Positions 11,170 through 22,245 of a DNA stretch of 64,000 nucleotides are shown here, one piece after another (the stretch's first letter is position 1; every line of letters starts with the position of its first letter). The stretch lies in contig OY740783.1 in the NCBI GenBank assembly GCA_963514005.1, forward strand, positions 6,138,001 through 6,202,000, read 5' to 3'. Source of the stretch: Raja brachyura. Lineage: Eukaryota. The position numbers and the translations under genes are program-made. The notes beneath the pieces were generated by a model. That model did no database searches. It saw only the letters and a program-made list of their open reading frames with translations, and had not been told where the DNA came from.

Positions 11170-12016
11170 AACCTGGACGGGGAATGGATGAAGAATTATA
11201 TATAATAGATCACTGATATATCTCCAATGTAGAATAGAATGTTTAAAACTCCACTCTTATTATTGATTTTCTATTTTTATTATTATTTTAATTTTTTATT
11301 ATTTCTTTCTATTAATTTCCTTCTTTATTAAAAATAAATAAAAAATATGTAGAAGTATAAACAAGAATGACTGTAAATTTTATAAATATTAAGAATGTAT
11401 GTAATGAATAGTAAATTCTTTGGTTTCTCTTTTTTTTCTTACATTTTAAATTGTCTTAATATGTATCAATATGCATTAACTTCTAATAAAAAATATTAAC
11501 AAAAAAAAATAGTTTAAAGCTATTTTTGTACACAAGCCTTCCTCCATTACCTATCCGAAAACAAGATACATCAGACAACAGGGTTCTAATGTGGGAATTA
11601 TGGCAATGTTTGCGTTCAGTGAGTTCCTTCGCCGAGGTCCGGTCGCCAACTCCAAATAAAGGTTTATCTGATAACATTGTTAGCAATAACGAGTTTCCAT
11701 TTTTATATCATCTCGGTTAGTAAATTATATTAATGGGAAGCGGACGTTTATAAAATGAACAATTAATCCCAGAAATATACATACACATGGCTTTCTCTAA
11801 AACTATTCATAAATGGTTCTTTATTAGCTGCTGTGGCTACAAATGGTCATGATTTTGTATATATTTATTGAGGGTGATTATCTCAATGTAAAAACAGTTC
11901 ATAGTAAATTAATATCCCCAATATTAATATTCGTATTATTTTGGTAAGTAATAAATAAAATACAATGTCCTATATTAGAAAACACTGTGAATGTCTTCGC
12001 GTTCTGCTTTGCGTAG

Positions 12017-12144
12017 ATTACGCCGACGACGTTCGTCTTGAGGACTATGAGGAAGACAGAGACAACATCTGGAGAACCGCTTCCACATTCATTATCCTGT
12101 TCTTCCTGAGCATTTCCTATGGCACTGCCGTAACTCTGGTGAAG
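12017..12144 (+). CDS. IGHM: IgM transmembrane exon TM1
   Basis: Acceptor gcgtag|AT (phase 1, matches the 1559 donor). Encodes DYADDVRLEDYEEDRDNIWRTASTFIILFFLSISYGTAVTLVK, an acidic spacer plus CART-type TM helix. Donor AAG|gcaagt. Confidence 0.93.
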
Positions 12145-12260
12145 GCAAGTTCATTCCACTTACTTTTCCACCTGATTGAAGAGTCGGGCAAAATATCGAT
12201 TATCGTACTCTTTGAAGGCCCTGGCATCTTTGTCACAGACTGCTAATGCACTTTCATATT

Positions 12261-12701
12261 AGAAACATAGAAACATAGAAAATAGGTGCAGGAGTCGGCC
12301 ATTCGGCCCTTCGAGCCTGCACCGCCATTCAATATGATCATCCAACTCAGTATCCTGTACCTGCCTCTCCATACCCCCTGAACCCTCTAGCCACAAGGGC
12401 CACATCTAACTCCCTCAACTGATCTCAACTACCTTCTGTGGCGGAGAATTCCAGAGACTCACCATTCTCTGTGTGAAAAATGTTTTTCTCATCTTGGTCC
12501 TAAAAGACTTCCCCCTTATCCTTAGACTGTGACCCCTTGTCCTGGACTTCCCCAACATCGGGAACAATCTTCCTGCATCTCGCCTGTCCAACCCCTTAAG
12601 AATTTTGTAAGTTTCTATAAGATCCCCCCTCAATCTTCTAAATTCTAGCGAGTGCAAGCCGAGTCTATCCAGTCTTTCTTCATATGAAAGTCCTGACGTC
12701 C
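12261..12701 (-). mobile_element. 5'-truncated CR1 in the TM1-TM2 intron
   Basis: ORF 12415-12657 is the CR1 C-terminus; (TTTCTATG)n tail; TSD CATATT at 12255-12260 and 12702-12707. Confidence 0.92.
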
Positions 12702-12725
12702 CATATTCTCTCCCTCTCTTTACAG

Positions 12726-12734
12726 GTCAAGTGA
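12726..12734 (+). CDS. IGHM: IgM TM2 exon (coding part V-K-stop)
   Basis: Polypyrimidine tract then ttacag|GTC AAG TGA, completing the KVK cytoplasmic tail; AATAAA candidates at 13341 and 13592. Confidence 0.9.
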   Translation, partial: VK

Positions 12735-13129
12735 CAATTGAATGTTGAAAACCGCGTATTTTTCTGACCGGCCTATGGACAATATCCGTTGTAAACAAGG
12801 GAAATGTTCCAATCTGAAACGGACAATACCATAAGCAATACTTCGTTCTGTCGATCGGACTTGTTGTATATTGTTTAGTTGCCATTAGTATAGCGTTAAT
12901 GTATCAAATTGTAATCATAATTTGAATATCATGTGAAAATAAGTCGGTTTTCTCAAACGGTATACATGTTTTTTTTAATGTTTTTCTCTACATTCTCATT
13001 TTCTTTACATGGGCCAAATTCGTGTCATTCCGGTGTTGAATGCCGTTGTATAGAATTGCGTGACATCACAAACTTCATGTTAAATTCAGACACACTCTCT
13101 ACGCCTGTAAATGTCATTATTCCAAAAAC

Positions 13130-13340
13130 TTCTATCGGGTCTTCCTTCAACCTCCCTCCGAAGCTCCAAAGAAAACAATCCATGTTTAGCTCACCACTTC
13201 TTGTAGCTAACAACTCTAAACCCCTGCAGCATTCTAGTAAACCTCTTCTGCATCTTCTCCAAAGCCTCCACATTATTCCTTCGAAGGGACGACCTGACCT
13301 CCACACTGTGCTCCAAGTGTGGCCTAACCGAAGTCCCGTA
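13130..13340 (-). mobile_element. Degraded CR1 fragment downstream of TM2
   Basis: VRPHLEHSV..NVEALEKMQKRFTRML. Confidence 0.8.
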
Positions 13341-13959
13341 AATAAAATGTAATGTGAATGCATGTGTAAATGCATACCCGAAAATCCAAACGCGTGCGCA
13401 CATTCCGCGTATGAGCAAATATCTCTTTACTCCTTTTACTGCACAATTGTCCTCTCCATAATTCAGAGCTAATCTTCGACTCTCGAGCTAAATGTTGAAT
13501 GTACCTGTTGTCGTGTGGAATTCAGTTGTTTTGACCACTTCGTGTTATGCTTTTGAAAGTTTCTCTGTAATATGTTTTCTGTGAAATCACAAATAAAAGC
13601 GGAACTACATAAAGCCGAACCTGGTTTGCTATGTTCGTTTCTCGAAGGAACCAGCACCTGGTGCTAAATACGCCTAAAGATAATTTCGCTCAAATCGCTG
13701 GTTGGTAGAATAAGAATCACTACAATTATGCGGTCATTGTGCGCTTGGGTGTCCGATGACATTAAGGCCATATATATTTGAGTGCATTTTATGCCAAAGT
13801 TCCAGGAGAAGCTTTTCGCAACCTCCCCTTATACAGTAACTATCTTCGACAAATAGGTTGTGATGACAAACTGTCTGCTCCACCAAGCACTAAGCAATAT
13901 CACACACCTTCTTATATGTCTGTCGAATATTCAAAGAAATGTTTCAAAGCAATGAGTGT

Positions 13960-14885
13960 GCACCTGATGCAGCCAACACCGTCAGAGAGACCAGCAACGT
14001 ACATGGGTATGATTCTGGGTATGGAGTCTAGAACGGGCAAGAGACAAGGATAGACATTAAGAATTATTCGTCAGCATCTGGAATTAGCTGGGATCACATT
14101 ACACCAACGGATAGTAAATTAGTTCAGATCGATTTGCCTCGTACCCATCGTGGTTACGCTTTCACTGGGACGTTGGTGCGGCCTTTGACGGCGAGGAGTG
14201 AGGGAATATCGCCCCCCAAATAAGAATAGTCCACACGGAGACAAAATGTGATGCTATCTACTCATCCCACTAGTTGGGTATCATGGACTAGTCTCGTTTG
14301 GTTGCATTTGGCCCATTCAGCGCACTATCAGGGTAACTGCGACTATAGTTACTGGGCCCAGAGTAATTTGAATAGAGATTGGGCCTACTTTCCGTGGCAT
14401 AATGCAAGACCAACTCTGTGTGCTTTGTGTTTCCGGACCTTAGGTTGTTTGAATACTGACTGGGCCTGCCGTCATAGGGCCCAGTGTCGGGCCCGTGTTC
14501 CCTCCAGATCTACCAACCTTAGGAGAGATAGAGCATATGTTAGATGTTTTGCCACCGAAGTTAAAGGAGTAATATGGCGTGAAAAGGCTTATTCAGATCC
14601 AGGGCCGAGTTGAGTCTCTTACCAAGCATATAAACGTGCACCTGATGTGCTTAGATTCTCGCAGACGCACTTGCGAATAGTTTGGCAGAAGCAGGTCATA
14701 CCAAGGGTTTGGAGGAGGGCAGGGGGGATTTTCATTCCCTCGAAGAAAGAGTCTCCAGAGTTAAGTCAGTTTAGGCTCTATGTCTCCTAAATGTAGATTT
14801 TTTTTTAGCATAAAGTCACAGAGGCCAGCAAGTTATTTATAAAGGTTTAATTTTGCAGGTTAATCGATATCAGTGCAGAAGCAGA
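13960..14885 (+). mobile_element. Degraded HERO/R2-group non-LTR retrotransposon RT, first part
   Basis: Broken translation DPGPS*VSYQAYKRAPDVLRF..LRIVWQKQVIPRVWRRAGGIFIP..SQFR..LLNV..IDISVQ; left boundary uncertain. Confidence 0.7.
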
Positions 14886-14904
14886 TTAGAACACATGAGT
14901 AAAA

Positions 14905-15135
14905 TATAGAAACATAGAAAATAGGGGCCATTCGGCCTTTCGAGCCAGCACCGCCTTCCATATGATCATGGCTGATCATCCAAAATCATTACCTCATTCC
15001 TGCTTTCTCCCGATATCCCTTGATTCCATTAGATCCAAGATGTATAGTATATCTAATTCTGTTTTGGAAACATACAGTGAAGTGGCCTCCACTGCCTTCT
15101 GTGGCAGTGAATTCCACAAATTCAAAACTCTCTTG
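14905..15135 (-). mobile_element. CR1 3' end
   Basis: TAGAAACATAGAAAATAGG..GATCATGGCTGATC 3' UTR. Confidence 0.8.
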
Positions 15136-15569
15136 CTGTCCCACCTCCCATGGTGGGAAGCTTTTGCATTTTTCAGTTTGAAATTGTGGAATCTGGTGCA
15201 TACTTTTAACTTACACGATGCAACATTTATGCTTCAAATTGGATCAGGTGTGAATAAGGTTAGGCTAAATTACATTCCTAATTACATTCCACAGTAGAGC
15301 CAGGCTCTGATCAACAGGTGCAGCACATGAATGACCTTAGTATATTCATGTATGGAAATCAGATTATAATTCATATATAGAGCTGTTATGCATATATAGA
15401 GAAACAAAAACATCGAAAAAAGCAAGAAGAATCAGACTTCCATCACTGATCTGCATAAATAAATCAATTAACCTCACCCTTTGACTATAGAAACAAGATG
15501 AGAATAATGCCACATATTCAACCGTATATGGTTCAATGAAATTAAGATATATATGTAAAACATATATAT

Positions 15570-15842
15570 GGAAACAGGCCCTTCTGCCCACCAAGTCGAC
15601 ACCGGCCGCAATCTATCATACACCAGTTGTATCCTACATGCCACGGACAATTTACAGAAGCCAATTAACCTACAAACCTGCACTTCTTGCAGATGTGGGA
15701 GAAACCGGAATTTCCACAGAAAACCATGTGGTCATAAGGAGAATGTATAAATACTGTACAGACAGCACCCATAGTCAGGATCCCATCTGGGTCTGTGGTG
15801 CTGCAAGGCAGCAACTCTACCGATGTGCCACCGTGCCACCCC
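15570..15842 (-). mobile_element. tRNA-derived V-SINE (HE1-like)
   Basis: Minus strand GGGTGGCACGGTGGCACATCGGTAG A-box head, V-domain-like core, CR1-like tail. Confidence 0.75.
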
Positions 15843-15969
15843 ATTATATTATCTTTTCTGTAATATTTATTATGGTGTCACGTCAACAAAGATGAACACA
15901 TGATTCTAATTCCTGCCCTTAGTTGGATAACACACATCTCCAGTCATTGTTTTATGGCTGGTTTTCAAC

Positions 15970-16100
15970 CTCTTCAGTCTGAAGGTCTCGACCCGAAACA
16001 TCACCTATTCTTTCTCTCCAGAAATGCTGCCGGTCCTGCTGAGTTATTCCAGCTTTTAGTGTCTATATTCAGTTTAAACCACCATCTGCAGTTCCTTCTT
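15970..16100 (+). mobile_element. Penelope-type terminal repeat fragment
   Basis: CAGTCTGAAG..GTCTCGACCCGAAAC..GCTGAGTTATTCCAGC, shared with the GIY-YIG-bearing copy at 28218-29080. Confidence 0.65.
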
Positions 16101-16439
16101 ACACTCCTTATTAAGCGAAACAGGTCCTATTCTCATAATATTATTCACCTCAACTAAGTCTCTTCTTCACCTCCGTTGCTGCAGAGAATACAATTCCAGT
16201 TATCAAATCTTTCTTCAAAGTGAAAATAAAAATTCCAGCCCCGCCAATATGTTCATAAATCGCCCCTGGATCCTCTCCAGAGCAATTGCACCGTTTCTAC
16301 AGTGTGTCATAGTCTTACAGCATGGAAACAAACCCTTCATCCCAACTTGTCCATGCAGATCAAGATGCCCCATCTAAAGTAGTCCCATTTATCCGCATTT
16401 GTCTCAAATCCCTTTAAACTTTGTGTGTGCCAATGTGTG

Positions 16440-16860
16440 TGAGAGTGTGGGTCAGTGAAGCGGCGACAACACCCGGAGTGAGCGGAGACTTGGCAATGTC
16501 CGGGGAGCATTTCCCTCTCTCCCCCCCTCCCCGGGAATGCGGGCCGGCCCAGGTGCTCTGTGTCCAGCTTGGGTCCAGGGGAGGTGAGGGTCAGTGGCCT
16601 GGGGGTCTGGGGGAGGTGAGGGACAGTGACCCGGGGGTCAGGCATCAGAGCGGCGCCTTAGCCCGAGATTCATCCCCGCGGCTCCGGAGGCGGCCCCGAC
16701 GCCCCCACTCACCCGGTCGGCTCCTGGCTCCGGGCCGGGGTTAAAACTCCATGTGGTGTGGACAGAGCCGCCGGAGGTGAGGGTGGGAGATGTGAGCGGT
16801 GCCTCAGGGGGGGACACGGGGGCAGTGCTGGGACCACCCATCTGCACGGGAATGTGAATG
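16440..16860. promoter_or_regulatory. GC/CpG-rich island with a minus-strand splice donor
   Basis: High G+C and CpG density; minus strand CCGACCGG|GTGAGTGG near 16710. Confidence 0.35.
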
Positions 16861-16999
16861 CGGGTGAGGCAGCATCTATAGAGCGGTAGATAAAAATCCT
16901 GGAGAAATGCTTGAATCTGAAGAAGGGTCAAACTCAGACATAGATGCTGCCTCACCCGCTGAGTTTCTCCAGCATTTTTGCCTACATTGCCATTTTAAA

Positions 17000-17228
17000 T
17001 ACTGTGAGATGGGCTTAAGCCAATAAAATTGCTCGTTCTTTACGGGGTACCTGCCAACAAAAAACTATTCCCATTGGTGAGTGTGGAGGAGTGTGACTTT
17101 ATTTATTTATTCATACATTTTTTAAAATATTTTTTTCAGCGTGAGAACTTCTGTCATCAGCGTGAGTGCGTGAGAATTTCCTCAAACGCGTTAGTCTCAC
17201 GCTCAATGTGTGAAAGTTGGCAGCCCTG
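17000..17228 (-). mobile_element. One end of a hAT-like DNA element
   Basis: Terminus CAGGGCTGCCAAC (minus strand) with subterminal GCGTGAG repeats. Confidence 0.5.
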
Positions 17229-17764
17229 CCATTGCAGGAGCACCGAAAAGCGGTCTCCCACCAGGGACCTGCGAGCTCCCTATGTCACTGTCCACCGGAC
17301 CTGCAGCTGGATCCTCCGCGCTCTGGAGTCGGGTCGCAGCCGCGCGCCACCACAGCTCTCCATGGCCCGAAGCCGGCCAGCTCCGCGATGGTGAGTCCGC
17401 AGGCTCCGCAACTGGAGCGCCCGGGTCATACCGGTTGGAGGTCGCTCCACGGTGCTAGGCCCCAACGACAACGGGGACCCGACGGGGAAAAGGTCGGGTC
17501 ACCCGTACAGGGAAGAGATTTAAGCCTAGTCGCTCCATTCTTTCATCATATTGGCCACGTATATGCAGTCACAAAGAATTTGTCTTGGTGCTCCGCTCGC
17601 ATTAAGACTAAACCATTAAGAATAAAACATTAAAAAATAAAATATTAAGAATAAAACATCATAGTTCAAACATGTGAATGAAATAAAATAGCAGAGCAAA
17701 AGGAGTTTACAGACTTTTGGTTATTAAGTAGAACTACTGTTTGTGGAAAAAAGCTGTTTTTATG

Positions 17765-20265
17765 TCTGGCATCCCGGGAATTAACCTGATGAACCTAAGC
17801 TGTACTCATTCAATGGCAAGAATGTTCTTCCTCAAATTAGGAGATAAAATTGCACACCATACTATAGGTGTGGATTCACCAGGGCCCTGTACATCTGCAA
17901 TGGGACATCCTTGCTCCTATACTCAAATCCCCTCTCTGTGAAGGCCAACATGCCATTCGCTTTCTTCACTGCCTGCCTAACCTGCACGCTTATTTTCAGT
18001 GACTGATGTACAAGGACACACAGGTCTCGTTGCACCTCCCCTTTTCCTAATCTGACACCATTCAGATAATAATCTACCTTATTTTTCTTGCCACCAAAAT
18101 GGATAACCTCAAATGTATCCACATTATACTGCATCTACCATGCATATGCCTACTGACCCAACATATCCAAGTCACCATGTAGCCTCAAATAGTCCTCCTC
18201 GAAACTCACACTACCACCCAGTTCTGTGTCATCCGCAAACTTGGAGATGTTAAATTTAATTCCTTCGTCCAAATCGTTTATATAGAGAATACCTGGGGGT
18301 ACCAGCATTGAGCCTTGAGACACCCACTAGTCACGGCCTGTCATTCTGAAAATGACCCGTTAATTCCTACTCTTTGCTTCCTGTCTGCCAAACAGTTTTC
18401 TATCCGTGACAATATCTAACCCCCAATACCATGTGCGCCCATTTTGCACACTAATCAATTGTGTGGGACCTTTTCAAAGGGCATTAGGTAGTCCAGATAC
18501 ACCACATCCATTGGCTCTCCCTTATTCATTTTCCCTCTTACATACTCAAAAAATTCCGGAAGATTAGTTTCCAATATTTCAAGCATTAATTCAATTTAAA
18601 ATTTTACATAGACTATATTACTCGAAAACCAGGTTGAATAAAATATTTCCAAATGTTTCCCCCATTTGTGACAAATGTCTAACTCAAAATGCCACTATAG
18701 CACATTCCTTTGTCTCTTGTACAAAACTTCATCAATGTTGGAATGAAATCTTCGGAACTTTTACAAAACTATTCAACACAAAATTGAACCCCAATACAGA
18801 ACTGATTATCTTCAGATCAATGGAAGAGGGGCGTAATTTAAGTATGTTCCAAGAAGCGCTCTTTAATAATCCAAAAAAACTTATACTTAAATTTTGGAAA
18901 AACGTATCCACGCCAACGTTCAAAATGTGGATTTCAAATATGACGGAAACGCTACATCTTGAAGAAATTAGATTCCTCCTACTAGGCAAAGTAGACCAAT
19001 TCTTAAAAGACTTAATCTCCTTTTATCGACTTCTTACAAGCATATGGTGCAACATAACATTACCTTAGAAATTAAATGGTTCAGAAACGGGTGATGGATG
19101 GGTAAAGATATTAAATAGGTATATCTCTCCTAATTTCTTTTCTTTCTATTTTCTTTTTCTTTTTCAATCTCCTTAGCTTCTTATCTCTGCTTTTTGTCTC
19201 TCTCGTTATCTGTTTCTCCTCTCTTGTCTATCTATCTCGACACTCATTATTTTCCTTTTTCTATCACTGCTATTTTATTATTAAATAAAAAATAAGAACT
19301 TGTACAAGAATGACAACATGTATGTATGTATGTATGTATCAGGTACTACATTATTGTACTTCTAACAAAAAAAAGCAAAAAAAAAGCATGGTTTCCCCTT
19401 CATAAATCCATGCCGATTTTGACCGATCCTGTCAGTGCTTTCCAAATGCGCTGCTATAACATCTTTAATAATCGACTCAAATATCTTCCCCACTACCGAT
19501 GTCAGGCTAACTGGTCTATAATTCCCTGTTTTCTCTCTCCGAGCTTCCTTAAAAAGTAGGGTTACATCTGCTACCCTCCAGTCCACATGAGCTGATCCTG
19601 TGTCTATAGAACATTGGAAAATGATCATGAATGCATCCACGATTTCGAGGGCCACCTCCTTGAGTTGGTTTGCATGCAGACCATCAGGCTCTGGGGATTT
19701 ATTTGCCTTCAGTCCCAACAGTGTACCTAACAACATTCCCTGACTGATGTGGATTTCCTTCACTTACTCCCTCCTACTAGATCCTGGGTCCCCTTGTATT
19801 TCTGGGAGAATGTTTGTGTCTTCCTTAGTGAAGACAGAACCAAAGTATTTGTTTAACTGGTCTGCCATTTTCTTGTTTCCCATTATAAATTAACCTGTTT
19901 CTGACTGTAAGGGACCTACATTTGTCTTCACTAATATTTTGCTCACAAGCTTCCTTTCATGCTCCACTTTCCTCCTCTTAATTAAACCCTTTGTCCTCTT
20001 CTGTTAAATTTTAAATTTCTCCCAGTCCACCGGTTTGCTGCTTCCTCTGGCCAATTTATCCGCTTTGGATTTAACACTGCCCCCAATTTCGATCGTTAGC
20101 CACAGTTGAGCCGCCTTCCCTGTTTTATTTTTACGCCAAACAGGGGTGAACAATTGTTGCAATTCATCCATACGATCTTTAAATCTTTGCCATTACATAT
20201 CCATCGTCAAGCCATTAAGTATCTCTTGCCAGTTTATCCTAGCTAATTTCCGTCTCATACTGTCA
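17765..20265 (-). mobile_element. Old CR1 ORF2 fragment interrupted by an L1 3' end
   Basis: ORFs 17862-18134 and 19362-19763 are consecutive parts of CR1 ORF2. Confidence 0.88.
18575..19385 (+). mobile_element. 5'-truncated L1 (ORF2 C-terminus, 3' UTR, A-tail)
   Basis: SPICDKC..HSFVSC, KKLILKFWK, ETLHLE, homologous to the end of L1 copy A. Confidence 0.9.
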
Positions 20266-20269
20266 AAAC

Positions 20270-20393
20270 CTGATTCTGTTTGAACACAGTTTTGAACAGT
20301 TATGGGACCAGATTCAGACTGCCATGCTTGAGAGAAGATGTTGGAATGTAGCGTTTTTGGACGTGGAAAATGCATTCGGATTTGTACCACATA
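20270..20393 (+). mobile_element. HERO RT, continuation of 13960-14885
   Basis: WDQIQTA..WNVAFLDVENAFGFVPH (RT motif A), the segment expected just after the IDISVQ region. Confidence 0.7.
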
Positions 20394-22245
20394 TTAGTAA
20401 GATGAAACGAGAACTTACCAGTTTGAAGTTTGATCTTTATGTCATGAGGAGTTACGATGAGCGATTACGTGAAGAAGGTCGTCAACCCGCATGCGCGTCA
20501 ATCTTCAAAGCAGCGATGTGAAATCACAGAAGAACAGTTGTTGAACTAAAATAGTAATATTTGAGCTGACTAGAACTTCCAGAAAGATCTTTATGTTACG
20601 AGGGTCGGGAACGGAGGGCACGTAATCGCTCATCGTAACGTCTCATAAAATAAAGATCAAACTTCAAACTGGTAAGTTCTCGCTTAATCTTACTATTTTA
20701 CTTCGGAGTCACGTGAGTGACTACGTGAAGATTTTGAAGCTCTGTGATTTCATGCCGTGGAAACGAGTCTATGCGTTACACACTGCATCAATTGACCAGG
20801 ATGAGTGAGAAAGAATTAATGCATTCAAACATGACATGGATAAAAATGCTAATGCTTTAATAGCGAAAAGAAAATTAACAGTGACCCCTCTGACCCAGGG
20901 GGAAACTGTGAAACAGAACTTAAAACAGAATTAGCAAAAGTCCCCGGTCTGGCGATAGGTTTGTTATAAAACCTTTGGTACGTCCGCTCATTAGACCATC
21001 CCGCAGCCGCTAGAATGTGGTCGAGAGGGACATCCATATCCCTTGCTGCTGACGTCGATGCCACCCTGGTGGAATGAGGTTTAAAAGTGTCAGTGTTCAC
21101 TCCTGCACATGCCAGAACCTGTTTAATCCATTTTGAGATGGTCTGCACTGTAACCTTCCTATGAGGTTTGGTGTAGCTGACGAATAAGGATAGTTCCGAG
21201 CCTCAGAGGCTCTTAGTGACCTTAATGTATTGTAATATGTGAGATACCACACACAACCGTAGGTCTAAGGGGTAATCCATAAAACTCAATTCTAGCCCCA
21301 ATATCCCCGGCCTGCTCTGCTTAATGAGATCATGAACAAAAAAGGTGATGTGGTCACAAGATGCAACCATGCTGTCCAGTCTAAGTTTATGTAACGTCTG
21401 GACCCGTTGAGCTGAGGCCAGCGCCATGAGCATGACTAAATTGAGTGTAAGATGGTGCAGAGACAGGGATGAAGCTGGTGCCCACTCACGGAGCAGCGTA
21501 AGAACCACGCTCACATCCCATATCTGTGAATACGTAGGCCTAGGGGGAGTAGAGTTAAAAATGCCCTTCATAAATTTAGTTATTCAGGGATGAGATCCTA
21601 CAGTGTGATTACCTGACCCCAGCCATAAATAAGATGACAAAGCACTCCTAGCACTATTTATGGCACTGTAACTGAGCTTCTGATCATAGAAAAGTGATGA
21701 AAGAAACTCCAAAACATTCGTGATGGAAGCCGTGTCATATGAAATTTTTGAGAGAGAACAGTACATCTCCCATTTCCTTATGTGAGTGAGGTACTGTTTT
21801 TGGGTGCTCTTCCTCCAGGCCGCAGTGATCACATCTATCGTACGCTCTGAAAGCCCGAGCCCCAGGAACGGTCTCCTCAGAATCGGCAAACCAATACATT
21901 TATACGGTCATGAAGAGGATGGCTTTCCCCTGTCACAGGGTGTACCAGCAGATTTCTGCTCTTGGGGAGAGCCACAAAAGGCTGTGTAATTATAGCTCGG
22001 ACGAGTGGGAACCAATGCTGAGTAGGCCAGTCTGGTACAACTAATATGCCAGAAGTGGAGTCTTGCTTGATCTTGGCCAAGCATCAACTGATGAGGCAGA
22101 ATGGGGGAAATACATACAAATATTTTCCACCCAAGTGTAGTGAGAATGCATCAACTGCTACTGCCCCTAGGTCTGGCTCCCATGACATGTAATTTGGTAA
22201 CTGATGATTAAACCTGGATGCAAACAGATCAATGTCCGGTACACC

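Larger units (their letters stand above)
5269..11506 (+). mobile_element. Full-length L1 element (copy A), in sense orientation inside the IgM Cmu4-TM1 intron
   Basis: 15-bp TSD AAATAGTTTAAAGCT at 5254-5268 and 11507-11521; TT/AAA target; ORF1, about 890-bp spacer, ORF2; AATAAA at 11485 followed by an A-tail. Confidence 0.96.

Noticed and set aside
14150-14505. Repeated GGGCC motifs suggesting a DNA transposon end
   Set aside because: No matching second terminus or TSD could be identified
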